From Octopus vulgaris (lineage: Eukaryota): 64,000 nt of DNA. The position numbers were made by a program, and so were the translations under genes. The stretch covers positions 65,224,001-65,288,000 of the forward strand of contig OX597823.1 of the NCBI GenBank assembly GCA_951406725.2, in the 5' to 3' direction. Numbering within the stretch: position 1 is the stretch's first letter; each line of letters begins with the position of its first letter. The notes below the pieces were generated by a model, which was not told the origin of the DNA, ran no database searches, and was given only the letters and a program-made list of their open reading frames with translations. Shown piece after piece: positions 27,881-40,249 of this stretch.

Positions 27881-28549
27881 CCCTGATGCAGTACCAGGCA
27901 GTGGCTCTCATGGCTTCTGATCTTAACTGATTGGAAGTATTATCATGTACATTGTTTTGTCTTGGTATAAAAGATGGGCTACAGCAAATATTCTGCTCTG
28001 ATGCAGCACCAGGCAGTGGCTCTCATGGCTTCTGATCTTAACTGATTGGAAGTGTTATCATGTACATTGTTTTGTCTTGGTATAAAAGATGGGCTACAGC
28101 AAATATTCTGCTCAATACCACAGATTTGCTTGTCAGTTGTTTGACCTTAACCAGTTGAGCATGTCCCTTAGTGGCTGATGATATGTGCATCTCTGATCAC
28201 GAGCAGAAGTAGTGGGGGAGCATCATAGCCATGTATTGAGAGGGATTCTTTGGGGTTTGAATAATTCACCTCTGGAAACATGGGTGGTTCTTTCAACATC
28301 CTTAAACAACCCTTATTCAGGAAACCTTTTGAGCGGGATGGGCTACTCAACCTGAAGAAAATTCTAACTGGGCCCCACCTGCAAGGTCATGTGCTGTTTA
28401 TCTTGATATGAGATCACCATGTCGCGCACATATGGTTGTGATGCATGTGCCTGGTGTACCCTTATCAGACGGGTAGTCATGATGGGTATATTGGGCTTCG
28501 TATTTTCTACCCCAGTGTCACTTTGATGGCATGCACTGCTCTCTCACTC
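27880..28549 (+). mobile_element. Non-coding element inserted in (TAA)n, with a 115-bp 5' tandem duplication
   Basis: Bounded by (AAT)n on both sides. Tandem units at 27883-27997 and 27998-28112. A truncated inverted copy of its 3' part lies at 46881-47177, also next to (TTA)n. Confidence 0.75.
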
Positions 28550-28566
28550 AATAATAATAATAATGA

Positions 28567-28658
<92 letters not shown>

Positions 28659-28917
28659 GAAATTAAAAAGTAAAAAGGAAAAGAGAAAACAGTACTGCAC
28701 CAGAAGTTAAAGTACCTACTGAGGACAGATGAATAAATGATGTCAAGGTGTAAATGCATTATCAGCAAATAAAGCAGAAGTAACGAGCTATATTGCAGGG
28801 ATACGATCAGCAAGATATAACAAGGATGATGTGCAATATATTAGAGAAGACCAGGATCAACCCCACACCACAATCTGAAGTAAGTTGACGAACACAAGTT
28901 AAAAGTAGAAGCCGAAA

Positions 28918-29131
28918 GGCGGTGAGCTGGCAGAAACGAAGGCACACCGGGCGAAATGCTTAACGCTATTTCGTCTGTCTTTACGTTCTGAGTTCAAATA
29001 CCGCCGAGGTCGAATTTGCCTTTCATCCTTTCGGGGTCCATAAATTTAATACCAGTTGCGTACTCGATTGGATCTAATCGACTGGCTCCTCCCGCCAAAT
29101 TTCGGGCCTTGTGCCTAGAATACGAAAAATC
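28918..29131 (+). mobile_element. tRNA-derived SINE (family A) with 16-bp TSD
   Basis: Sequence ggcggtgagctggcaga...gagttcaaataccgcc; TSD aaagtagaagccgaaa at 28902-28917 and 29132-29147. Confidence 0.9.
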
Positions 29132-31495
29132 AAAGTAGAAGCCGAAAAAGTGATCATTTCAGATAGGAAACGTAACTGCAACCAACAAGATTATCAGGGC
29201 TGGAACAAAGTTTGCCGCAGAAAGAGCTGGATATAAAATATGTTAATAAACAGTCCATAAAGAACAGAGCGTAGACGAATTTGTGAGAGATAAAGTAATA
29301 AAATATTTGGCACAAGTTGATAGATTGAAAAAGAGAGGAATTGCAAAGTGAAAACTTGTATAAAACTGGAAAGAATATATAAAAGAAAAAGATAGACGAT
29401 ATGATGATATATTGGAAGAATTTAAACAAAGAGCATTAGCAATCGTGGTAAAATGGGAAAGATATGACTATAGAAACAATTTTATTCAAGCGGAGCAAAC
29501 TACTTGAGCCAATTAGAAAAGTCTGCTTGAGAAACTAGATAGGCAGTTACACTTAACATTGGTACATGTTGCAGACGAAACTAGAGCCTTTTTGTGGGAG
29601 GTGTATTAGGGATAAACATTTATGGCATAACGACAATGCGGAGTTGCTGCATGAAATCCAAGATAGGTTAAGATATATACACGATGAAGTCAACATATAC
29701 AATCATACAGAAAAGGCAAAAAGACAGATAAGTAAAATTCCAAAGAGGAAGGTCCCAGAGCCGAATGGTGTCCAAGGTTATGGATGAAGAAATGGAGGAT
29801 TCCATGGAAGGATAAGGATAGCAGAATATCTGGATAAGTGCTTGCAGAGAGGCTCAGTACCCAACTGAATGACAAAGGGGAGACATTGTTATGTTTCAAG
29901 GATTTTGGAAAGGGTAACATTCTTTTTAACTTTGTACAAGTAACGTATCTATCTTCCTCTAATGTGGGAATTATTTTCAGCTGGTTTAGTCGTTGACTAT
30001 ATGGATAATCAGAAAAAGTGGGCTGCTACCTAGTGAACAAAAACGGTTGTCGAGAGGGAATCTGGGGAGCGAAAGATCAATTATTAATTGATAGGCAACT
30101 CATCAGAAACTGCAAGAGAAGGCAATCTATGTCATGCTCAAATTTGTGAGCTAAATTTGAGCGACATGGATTGATTGTCCTAAAGCATATGGCATGATAC
30201 AAGACCTATGGAGTACCAGAAAACACGAGAAACCTTTTATAGAACAGTATGAAATGTTGAGGAACTAAATTAACAGCAGGTAATCAGGTGTTAGGAGAAG
30301 AAAAAATCAGGACAGTGTATGCTGCTCTTGAGTAAATTACTCCGGAAGAAAGAGTTGGGGTATGATCCAGGAAGTGGTAAAGGAAAACTTAATCACCTGT
30401 TATATATAGATGATTTAGAGTTGTTCGCAAAAATTGAGGCAGATTTGAGCAGTCTGTGCAATTGATATCAAGATAGAGTTTGGACTTTCAAAAGTTTGCT
30501 GTCGTGCTGATGAGATGACAAAAAATTTGTCGGAACAGAACGAAATGGTGAAATGATGAAAACAATTGAATTTGAATCCGGATATAAATACTTGGATATA
30601 CTTGAATTAGATGCAATTATGTATATGATATGAAAGACAAGAACGAAAGAGTGTCTGCGGCGATTGTAAATGATATTGGATTCAAAGGGGGAATGTCAGA
30701 AACATAGTTTTGTCGATAAAGTCGCGCACACTCGCAGGGATCGGTATAGAGATGGAATTGAGAAGTGAATAGTGGATGAGCTTAAGAAGTTGGACCGGAA
30801 GACAAGAAAGCTCCTGACCATATGTAGAGTCCATGAGTTGTACGCAGGCAATGACTGCGTATAACACGAAGAGAACAAATGAGAGAGGGAGACTGACACG
30901 TGTGGAAAACTGCGTGCATAAACTTGCTGAGATATCTAACCCAAAGTGATGAGACTTTTTTTTAGTGGCAGTTAGAGTTTAAGGCGTATTGAAAGCAAGA
31001 AACAGGAAAAGAACGAGAAATACATGAAGATGCGATATACAACAAGGGGCTACACGTCAATTTCGTATAGCCAAAACTGAAGTATCTCCATTGTACCAAG
31101 TTTGTAATAGATTTGAGGAAATCGTTGTCCATATTGTGAAAGACTGCCCACAAGTTGCCCAGGACCGGTGTAGGTTGTGGCGACACGATGAGATAGCGAA
31201 CGTGCTGCACTGTAAACTCTGTGAAAAGTGTGAGTTAGAGAGAGGCAAGACGTAGTATGAGTGAGAGACCCGCAAAATCCTGTAGGATTTCTCAATCCAA
31301 ACAGACCATGTGCTTAAGCAAAACAAGCCGAATCTAATAGTTGTGGACAAGGTACACCAGATGTGCTCCCCAGTGGCATACGAATAGTGACAATGGAAGG
31401 CAAGAGAATATATATATACAACCCTATTAAATACGAGATAGCTCGATTGTGGGAAAAAGGTAGGAGTGGCTGTGTGGTAAGTAGCTTGCTAACCA

Positions 31496-33744
31496 CACAT
31501 GCGCAGTTAGTCGGTTGCTTCCTGTTGAGCTAGAGTGGACGTGAGTAACAAGCTCCTTCCAACTAAAGAAAAAAGACCAAAAACGGAAAGTTGTCGAGGT
31601 AAGTGATTTTGTTTATTGTGAGTTGGGCATAATTTATTGCGTGCCAATTATTATTTCAGTAGGTTGTGTCCAACTCTGAGACAATTTCGCCTGCGCTAGG
31701 CGGCTGCCGTTTTTGTGTTCATTGAAAAAAAAAAAAAAAAAAAAAAGAAAAAACAGTGGAGGGGCGTATCCTCAGAATTCAATACAGTTACTGTTAAAAT
31801 CACCGTTGGCGGTAGCCAGTGCTGTGTTTGGATTTGTTGAATTTATTCCCTTGTCAGAGTACTTCGCAAGAAAAGTATAAAAATAAGCCACTATTGGATT
31901 ACCTTTCGGACCTTTTTGTGGAGGTTGTGTTGCAGTTGCGGTGTTCCAGGTTCAACCCAGGCCGGGAGTACCGCAAGGCCAGAATATTTTTGCTGTGTTT
32001 TTTCTGTTTATTAACTTTCTTTTGAACTTCATTTACCCCCCCCCCCTTTTTGTTTTTTCTTTATTGCGACTTTCCGTTAATTTCTTCCCTTCTGTTGTGC
32101 TTTCTCCTTTTTGTTTTTTCAAAAATCTATCAAATTTATTTAGACTTTTGAACTTTTTTCTTCCTGCTTTTGAGTCTAATTTGAATATATCTTTTAAAAA
32201 ACATGGCAATGAAAAATAACAAAGTTTTGGAGTGGGAAATCATACCACCCAAAAAGTGGTTGAAGGACCGTGAAGATAGGACGGTGGTGTTGAGAACCTA
32301 CTCCAAGGCACTTGACACCATCGCCCTATTCGAAAAGACGGCAATTGAGGAGGAGTTGGAGGAGTATTTGCCAACAATTAAATTCATTTCCAGGGGTGTC
32401 AAATATGGAACGGTGTGGTTGCTGTTTGACACCCCTGAAGAGGCTTGCAAATTTGCTAGCGAACCCTTGGAGGGTAAGGAAATCTTATTCCTGCCCACTT
32501 ACAAAAAAAAGAAATTGATGAAAGCTTGGATCTGCGGACTGCCACCCGACATAGAACCCGAGTGGATAGAGGAGACTATCCGCCGGGGTCTGGGTGACAG
32601 CGAAACTAAGCTCCTCAATGTAAAAGTTCTTCCTGCGGCTGCTTGGGTTGGCTCGAAAGCAGTTTTGACCCTGTGGACCCAATCAGCCAATCTGGTTTTT
32701 CCAGATTTTTTGAAAATGGCCGGGTGCAGGTACCCGGTGATGCTTGAGGGTCGCCCCCCTAAGTGTCATCGGTGCTTGGAGTCCGGCCACATAAAGAAGA
32801 ACTGTCCTCGGGAACAAAATAGGATCCCGGAACAGTTAAGTAAAACCCCTCTAGAAGAGGGAACGATAACGGCCGAGAAAGCAGAGGACTCCTCAAGCAG
32901 AGGCCGAAAGAGGAAGGTGAGCAACAATGGGTGCTCACCAAAGGATAATAGGGATGAGGAGAGGAGGGCGAATCTTCCAGCCACGGAGGAGACGCACCCT
33001 CCCTCAGTTGAAAAGGGAAAAAAAAAAGAAAAAGAGGAAGAAAAACGGGACGTTGCCGGCTGTCAGTGTGGCACCGGAATGTCGCGGAACTACGTCGGTT
33101 GGAGTTGTGCCACCGACAAGAGAAGGAATACCGTTGGCGGAAACTGTGCCGCCAACGAAAGAACAGAATGTATTGGTCCTCTTCTATAGAGGAGGAGAAA
33201 TTGAAAAAGTGATGGAAGAGCACTACAAGGGAGCACCTTTAGCCTTCACACAGGACCCCGAATGGCCTCCGCAGGTAGCTGTGGAGGCCGTGGCGTTCGA
33301 CGTGACGCTAGGGCTAAAGGAGCTCAATGAAGACTATAACTTGGTCCCGGGCGACGCGAACTCGGAACTTGACTACGTTCTGAGGGAGGCGTGGTTGATG
33401 GTGGAGGGCGCGGGCACAAGCTATTTCGAGGACGATATGTATTATTAGTAATGGACTTAAGTCCAAAAATTGAAAAATTGTAAGAGGATTAATACCTCGT
33501 TTTGTATTAATAATGGACTGCTAAGCCCAAAATTGGAAAAATTGTAAGAGGTTTAATACCTCGTTTTGTGTTAATCTTTTTAAAAAGAACAATGTTTTAG
33601 AGAAGCAAAAGTCGGCGGGCGCTTTCTGTCTTCTCCCATCCTTATCATCTTTCTTTCATTATCATTCACCTCATTAATGTCCTCGTCCAGCCCGCAAAGC
33701 TAACTTAATCTGTGTACTGCCTTTATGGCAAATGTTTTGAAATA
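31496..33744 (+). mobile_element. ORF1-only (HAL1-like) non-autonomous Tx1/L1-group retroelement
   Basis: Flanked by a 17-bp direct repeat aagtagcttgctaacca (31479-31495 and 33745-33761). Layout is about 700 bp of 5' leader, one ORF1 with a CCHC knuckle and about 300 bp of 3' UTR ending in AATAAA. No endonuclease or RT coding sequence is present. Confidence 0.8.
32203..33448 (+). CDS. Tx1/L1-type ORF1 (gag-like) protein with CX2CX4HX4C zinc knuckle; one frameshift in an A10 run
   Basis: ORF 32203-33189 has an RRM-like N-terminal region (GTVWLLFDTPEEA; AWICGLPPDI) and GRPPKCHRCLESGHIKKNCP. Removing one A from 33018-33027 fuses it to the +1-frame ORF ending at 33448, giving about 414 aa. Confidence 0.75.
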
Positions 33745-33884
33745 AAGTAGCTTGCTAACCAACCACATGGTTCCGGGTTCAGTCCCACTGCGTGGCACCT
33801 TGGGCAAGTGTCTTCTGCTATAGCCTGGGGCCGACCAAAGCCTTGTGAGTGGATTTGGTAGACGGAAACTGAAAGAAGCCTGTC

Positions 33885-33940
<56 letters not shown>

Positions 33941-36900
33941 TTGTATGTTTGTCTGTGTTTGTCCCTCTAGCATTGCTTGACAACCGATGCTGGTGTGTTT
34001 ACGTCTCTGTCACTTAGCGGTTCGGCAAAAGAGACCGATAGAATACGAACTGGGCATACAAAGAATAAGTCCCGGGGTCGATTTGGTCGACTAAAGGCGG
34101 TGCTCCAGCATGGCCGCAGTCAAATGGCTGAAACAAGTAAAAGAGTATAGCGCTAATTATTGCTGTGTCCTTGGGGAAGTATCAGAAAGCATCAAGAAGA
34201 ATATAAAGGAAATGGTTATAGTGCCCAGTGGAGCTGTTGCAAAAGGCTTGGCTTCTTAGCACAGCTAGAATCATCTGAAAAGTACTAGATAGCATAGTTC
34301 CGTGGGCTACAAGTAGCAGGCACGCTACGCATGCAAGACTCCGGGAGTTCAAACAAACCCCGAGTTAAAATTTGGCGCAAGTCTGTCAATTTTAATGATT
34401 GTGTTTGTCGATAGCATGGAACATAGTACTTTAGTGGTATATTATTTTGTTTATTTCGGAAAGATGAAAAGTAAAGCTGACATCAGCAGGTTGTGAGTTC
34501 AGAAGATTAAGACGTTTTGAATGATAGCCTCCATCAGACAAAATACAGGAAGCGAACATAGCAAGACGGCAGATGAATGACTTTTGATAAGTTTTTATAT
34601 TTACAAAAAGTAACAGCAAAATTTATCTGGAAGGGAAAGAAGTTTTTAAGGAAATGACGAGAGAAGAGTTATATATAGAGTTCTTAGAAAATGAGGAAGA
34701 AATTGAGGAAAAAAAAACCGAAACTTATATTTAGAAGAAAAGAATTTCCATTTAGTTTTTTTCTTCAGGGAGACAAACGAGATATGAGATAGCATGGTTA
34801 TCTTGTTTTCGTGAAAACAAGGTTTATTAAAGAAAAACAATTGAGGCAATTGTATTGTCAGTATAGTGAACAGCTTTAAGTGTACATTGAGTCAAAAAAT
34901 GATCATTAAAAATATCCCTTCACTCAAACAGAATGTATCAATAAATTGATACTACTACAGCTAACATCATATCAGAATATTAACGGTTAGCTCAGTATGA
35001 GTACAAAAAGCGTAGACATATTTCTTGGATTTCTAGCATGCACAAGAAAGAGCTATGGGGCTTTTGTGGTAATAGAGCATGCCAAAAAAAAAAAACATAT
35101 ATTCTGATCATTGATAAAAAGTGAAACACCAAATCTGGTCATTAATAAAAAAAAAGAACTGTGTTTTGTAATTTGCGTGTATGACAATTTGTTAAATAAA
35201 AAAGAAGACAAGATATTATTTCAAGTTGCAGTACGACGTTTATAAATTTAGCTTAATAATGGTTAGTATATTACTGATATTATGTTTTCTCCAGTAGCTT
35301 AAAATTGTAGAGCAATCTCGAAGAGATTTGATTCCCAAATATTAGGAAAGAAAACGTTTTACTGTAAAGTACTTATTTTCTCTTATTATTTTCTAATATA
35401 ATTGGTGAAAATTCCTTGTCTTTTCCCATTTATATAAAACTATAGATTTGGGTTGCTTCATTATAAGTCAATACAGTTGTTTTAAATTAATATATAATCT
35501 TTCATAACTCGTTCAAACAAAACATTTTAGATACCTGAAAAAACTTTGTCTGGCAGAATTGTTGTGCTACTGAAATCTTGGTACATATTTTGATAACTAC
35601 CCCTGTGTGATTTGAATTCATGACGTAGATAGATGAATCCGCTGTTCTTGTTGATTTTCTCGAAATTATTGTTGTTAGGGTTACTGTTGTTTTAACCGTG
35701 GATAGCTCTAACGAAGCCGACCGTGGAACAGACGTGTTATTCAATATATTTTCCTTAAAACAGTAGAATCGATTTCAAAAGAGACATGGCTACTATTTAT
35801 CATAACGTCTCGTACAACCACCAAGAAACATTATGCTTGACGATTTATTGCCATTTTTACCGGTCGTTTCCTACATTTCACACTGGGCGGTTTGAATGTT
35901 TTTATTAAGCGGAAGACTATTATATTAACGAGGGGCACTAACTTTTGGTATGCTTTTCTGAGCAGAGTGAGAAATATGTCGTTCGAAATGATCTTCATGA
36001 CACTATAAATTATGAGCTTTTGGATATGGTATTGAATTGTCAGAATTTAAATTTTGTACATAAGTGGCTATATATTTGTTTGTCTGCATAAATATATGAA
36101 GTTATTTTATCGCATACCCATTTGTAAACATAATATTAAATTTCTTCATATGATATAAGACAACCAAATTATATAATATTGACAAAATATGTATCATGTT
36201 CAGAGATTAAAGAGATGAAACTTAATCAATGTCTATTTGATGTAAAATTAAACTGTATATATTTTAATAATTTGTCCACAATTTGAATATTGAATTATAT
36301 GCAAACAATTCATATTAATTCATGTTAAAACAAATCTTCGTTATTAAATATTTTAAAACATCATCCGAGAAATTTTATTGACTATTTTAACACTGTCTTT
36401 ATAATTAAGATGGTGTTATCAATTTCAAAATATCTATAAGGTTCTCAATGTTTTTCAAAATTTGAATTATTAAATATTCCAAAGTTTTAGTTATTGATAT
36501 TACTGTCATCAAAACAGTGAATATTATTTCGATTAATGAAATCTGCATTCATTTAATAGCTAAAAAATAAACAGATATGATCGGCACCTTTACAACACAA
36601 ATATTATTAAATGCTATCCAATGATGCAGTAGAATTTGTCCTAAATGGTGTTTGTATTTTCCTTTGAACTCTTTTTTACTGAATTAAAAATGAGCTGTTG
36701 CATACATATATTTTTTATTTACAACACACGTTAATGCGTATCTTCTGCATTATTAGAATTAGTTTCTTTCCATTACATGTTAGCTACTACATATAATCAG
36801 TACTGATATTTAAAGTTTTATGTGGAAGCTAGCAAGTTTTGTTCTAATATTAGTGGATAATTAGCGAAAATAAATTTTGAAATGTAAATTAAATCTAGTA

Positions 36901-38699
36901 GGAATAACGTGTTGAGTCATAGTGTAATAAGCCATCAGAACTTGTGAAGAATCTGTTGTAACCAAGTTACAGAATCTTATAATCAGATCATCTAGGTTGT
37001 ATGTTCCAGTCTTACCTTACGTTACTTACAGAGTGCGTCATATTCTGCATAAGAATTACAAAGTCAAAACATGTCATTCCTATTAAAGACAACAAAAACA
37101 TTGGTTGCACTTTTAAGCCCTATTTAAATATGTGCCACACTGTATGAAACTCTTAAAATTGGGCTGACAAAGATATGAATATTAGGTTCACGCTGAAGAC
37201 GATGAAATGATAACATACTCAGATTTCCAAAATAAAGATTTGAAATTGTATGTATAAATCTGTATCCGTATGCATTCATATATACGTATCTACGGGCATA
37301 CAAACAAGCGCACACTCTCACACTTACACACAACATTCACACATGTATATTACATATATGAAACCTTAAATACATATATGATATACACATGGCTGGTGGT
37401 TAACTAGTTCAACCTGCAGCCTCTTGGTTTCTGGTTTGGTTTCACAGGACTGTGTTTCACCATGGGCAATTTCTTATTTTAAAGTCTTTATTAGCAAATA
37501 TTTCTGTATATATCTTGTGAGGTCAAACTGCAGAAATGTCCTTTTACGATATTTAATATTTAATAAGGTAATTCTAATTAGGAGAGAAGATGAGATATGA
37601 AGCAATTAGACAATTGCAATTGTGGGTTCATGATTTATTTGCGATATTAATAGGTAACATGGCTTCAGTTGCAACAGAAATGGAACGAGGTCATGTGATG
37701 GCAATAAATCATTTGGATGTGTAATTAATTTTTGTATGTACTGGACATTTTACTACGCACTATATCCACTCATGCACATTTCCACCCAATACGCACGCAC
37801 ACATATAGATTCATACATAAAAACATGCAAATACAGAGTATCTTCTAGGTTATTAACAATACGTTTGCCCGTCTTTCTTGCAAAAAAATCATACCACTGG
37901 TCACATTGTGTTCTTTCTGTTAACATTTTTCCTCCCTATACCACCGATGTTCTCAACTCTTTCTCTCTCAATATTATCATAATCATTTTAACGTCCATTT
38001 CTTCCATGCTTGCATGGATCAGACGGAATTCGTTAAGGCAAATTTTCCTGCCGCCAGCACTCATCTGATTCCAAGCAAGATAATATTTTACCATGAACAG
38101 ACACGTTTTCACAGATTGGAAACAACTAAAATCGCCTGCATAACGCTAATTCTCATTTACATCTTTCACCTGATCTCAAGACAAGGTGTCACTAAAACAC
38201 AAACACACACACATACATATGCATGCACACATCTATATGCATATGCACATACGCACGCATACACACAAACACACTTACATAGACACACTCAACCACATTC
38301 ACACACACTGCATATAAGCGTAAATATTGTAACTTTTATTTGGTTTCTTAAAATATCAGTATATATTTAAGATTGCTTATATCTACAAATGTAATAAAGA
38401 ATATAATAAATTTATTTCGGCTATAATTTTTAGGCTTATATGCCAAAATTATTTGAAGAAATACTTTCTGAATCTATGTGCTATGCATTCGTATGTCATG
38501 TAACGAAGAGAACAGCATTTAGACGTAGACCACATTTTATGTTCCTAAACTCACTGTTAACGAAAAGCAAAATGTATACGCTAAGTGCCAACAAATATAC
38601 GCAAACTTTAGGCTACTGATCGCTACATTAAGTGACTCATCAATTCTTGTTTGCTCAGCAACTGCTATCGTTAGCAAGTAATGATTTTCTCATGTGTAT

Positions 38700-39900
38700 G
38701 CGTATTTTGATACACAGATAACTGACTGAGATATGATTTTTGACGAAATCTCATATCCACGGAGCTATGATTTGGTTATCGCTTAGTCAAATTCAGTTAT
38801 CACGTATTGGCTAAAATTATAACCGGTTATTAGATATATTGTTGAATTAATTGATAACAGATGTACTCTTATTATATAGTACTAAGTAATCTCGTCTAAA
38901 ATATGTTTATCGAGATAATACAGTTTTGGCTCTAGCAAGATTTGTTCATGTACAAGTTGTAATACTTGCCAAATCATATTGTGGTCCTTGCGTTTAATGT
39001 AAGGTTTACATAATGCTCATCATTCTACATTTCTATCCATACTTAGCGGTATAATCTTTCCACTTAACTTCTAAACTGATCTAATGGAGGGTGGTGTAAC
39101 AAGTGCTTCGTATATTAGATAACTTACTAAAACCCATTAATTTCATGTAATTGCATATGTTTATTTTTTCGTTTAGAAATTTTAAAAAATGCTTTGAGAA
39201 ATCTCTTTGAATCAAAATCTTGTCGGTGCTATGGGTCATATTCATTTTAGTTTTGTATTTGCAGTCATGACTGGGTTGAGCAATGCTTATTCGAAAGATC
39301 TTGTTTTGCGGTGGACATTTTAAACTTTCAAAACTTTTGCTTCAAATGTTTAAAATGTTGCTATTCTTTGTCAGATCGAGATCAGAGCTTTTGAATAGGT
39401 TGAAGGTGGGCTATTTATTTTGCCAAATTTATGAATGGCTTTAACAAAATCTAACAAATCATTAAAAAATTCTTTTGAAATATCTTAGTAATGTTGTTTT
39501 TTTATTTCGTTGTTCCAATTTCGTTCAGCAGTGTTGATAGAAAATTTCCCATGGCATTGTCTTGTGGTGGACAGACAATTAAGAATTTCAGGGTTTTTTA
39601 AACATTTCTATTGAATTGGTGTACTTCGGTAAAGCATCGTTTTCCATAAAAAGGGAAGAGGTGACTTCTTTTTTTGGAAAAGATGGGTAGACTTTTTTTT
39701 TGTTGTTTTTTTTTTACAAGATCTAACACATTTTCATTTCAGCTGAGTGATTGTATTTACAAAAGGTTTAGAAATTCAGAAGCAATACACCAACGAGATA
39801 TAGAACTGTGTAAAAAACCTGCACAGAATTTGTCATATTCACGTTTTACTGATTTCAAATAAATAATTTAGGAAATGAGACAAATGTGAAGTTACGTAAG
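38700..39900 (-). mobile_element. Possible highly decayed Penelope-like element (linker/GIY-YIG region)
   Basis: Only weak remnants (NITKIF..FFNDLLDF..HKFGKI; LIYEALVT) with many stops. Confidence 0.3.
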
Positions 39901-40042
39901 GCAAGAACTACAAAAGATGTTGAATAAAAACATTGAACAATGAAAAATACTTGGTGCAATCACCACTTTTAGTTTACTGTATGGGGTTATTGTTCGGAGG
40001 ATGTAACTTAAGATAACAAAATCGAAGCGTATGTTGGAATAT

Positions 40043-40085
<43 letters not shown>

Positions 40086-40249
40086 AATAATAATAATGGT
40101 ATTTATATAAGCTTAAATCTTATAGCGATCACCGTGCAATGACTGAGGAAAATAATCGCATAATGTGGCATATAAGCACTCGACAGAAAAAAAAGTAGGT
40201 TTCCCAATGGCAGGGGACTCGAACGCACATCACTTTAATAACACAACTG

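Larger units (their letters stand above)
31459..34147 (+). mobile_element. tRNA-derived SINE (family B) split by the HAL1-like insertion
   Basis: Head gtaggagtggctgtgtggtaagtagcttgctaacca (A box) resumes at 33745 with accacatggttccgggttcagtccc (B box). It has an internal (TA)n/(TG)n tract and a 3' end ...ccagcatggccgcagtcaaatggctgaaacaagtaaaagag shared with 8170-8438 and 25025-25185. Confidence 0.85.
28658..34370 (+). mobile_element. Decayed R4/Dong-like RLE-type LINE interrupted by two SINEs and the HAL1-like element
   Basis: Starts at a (TAA)n tract. Frame-broken RT motifs (PxPNGVQGY; LPSEQK..G.KDQLLID; LNHLLYIDDL), CCHC/RH (HIVKDCPQVA..RHDEIA) and RLE region (DFSIQTDH..KPNLIVVDK). The ORF end (LLQKA..STARII.KVL) resumes after 34147. 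Confidence 0.8.

Noticed and set aside
33015-33021. G_GGA_AAA slippery heptamer suggesting programmed -1 frameshifting in ORF1
   Set aside because: The downstream ORF is in the +1 frame, not -1. A homopolymer indel is the simpler explanation.
35502-35755. Minus-strand ORF with a possible acceptor, suggesting a nested gene
   Set aside because: It has no recognisable domain, a weak donor and no partner exons, and it adjoins dispersed-repeat-like sequence.
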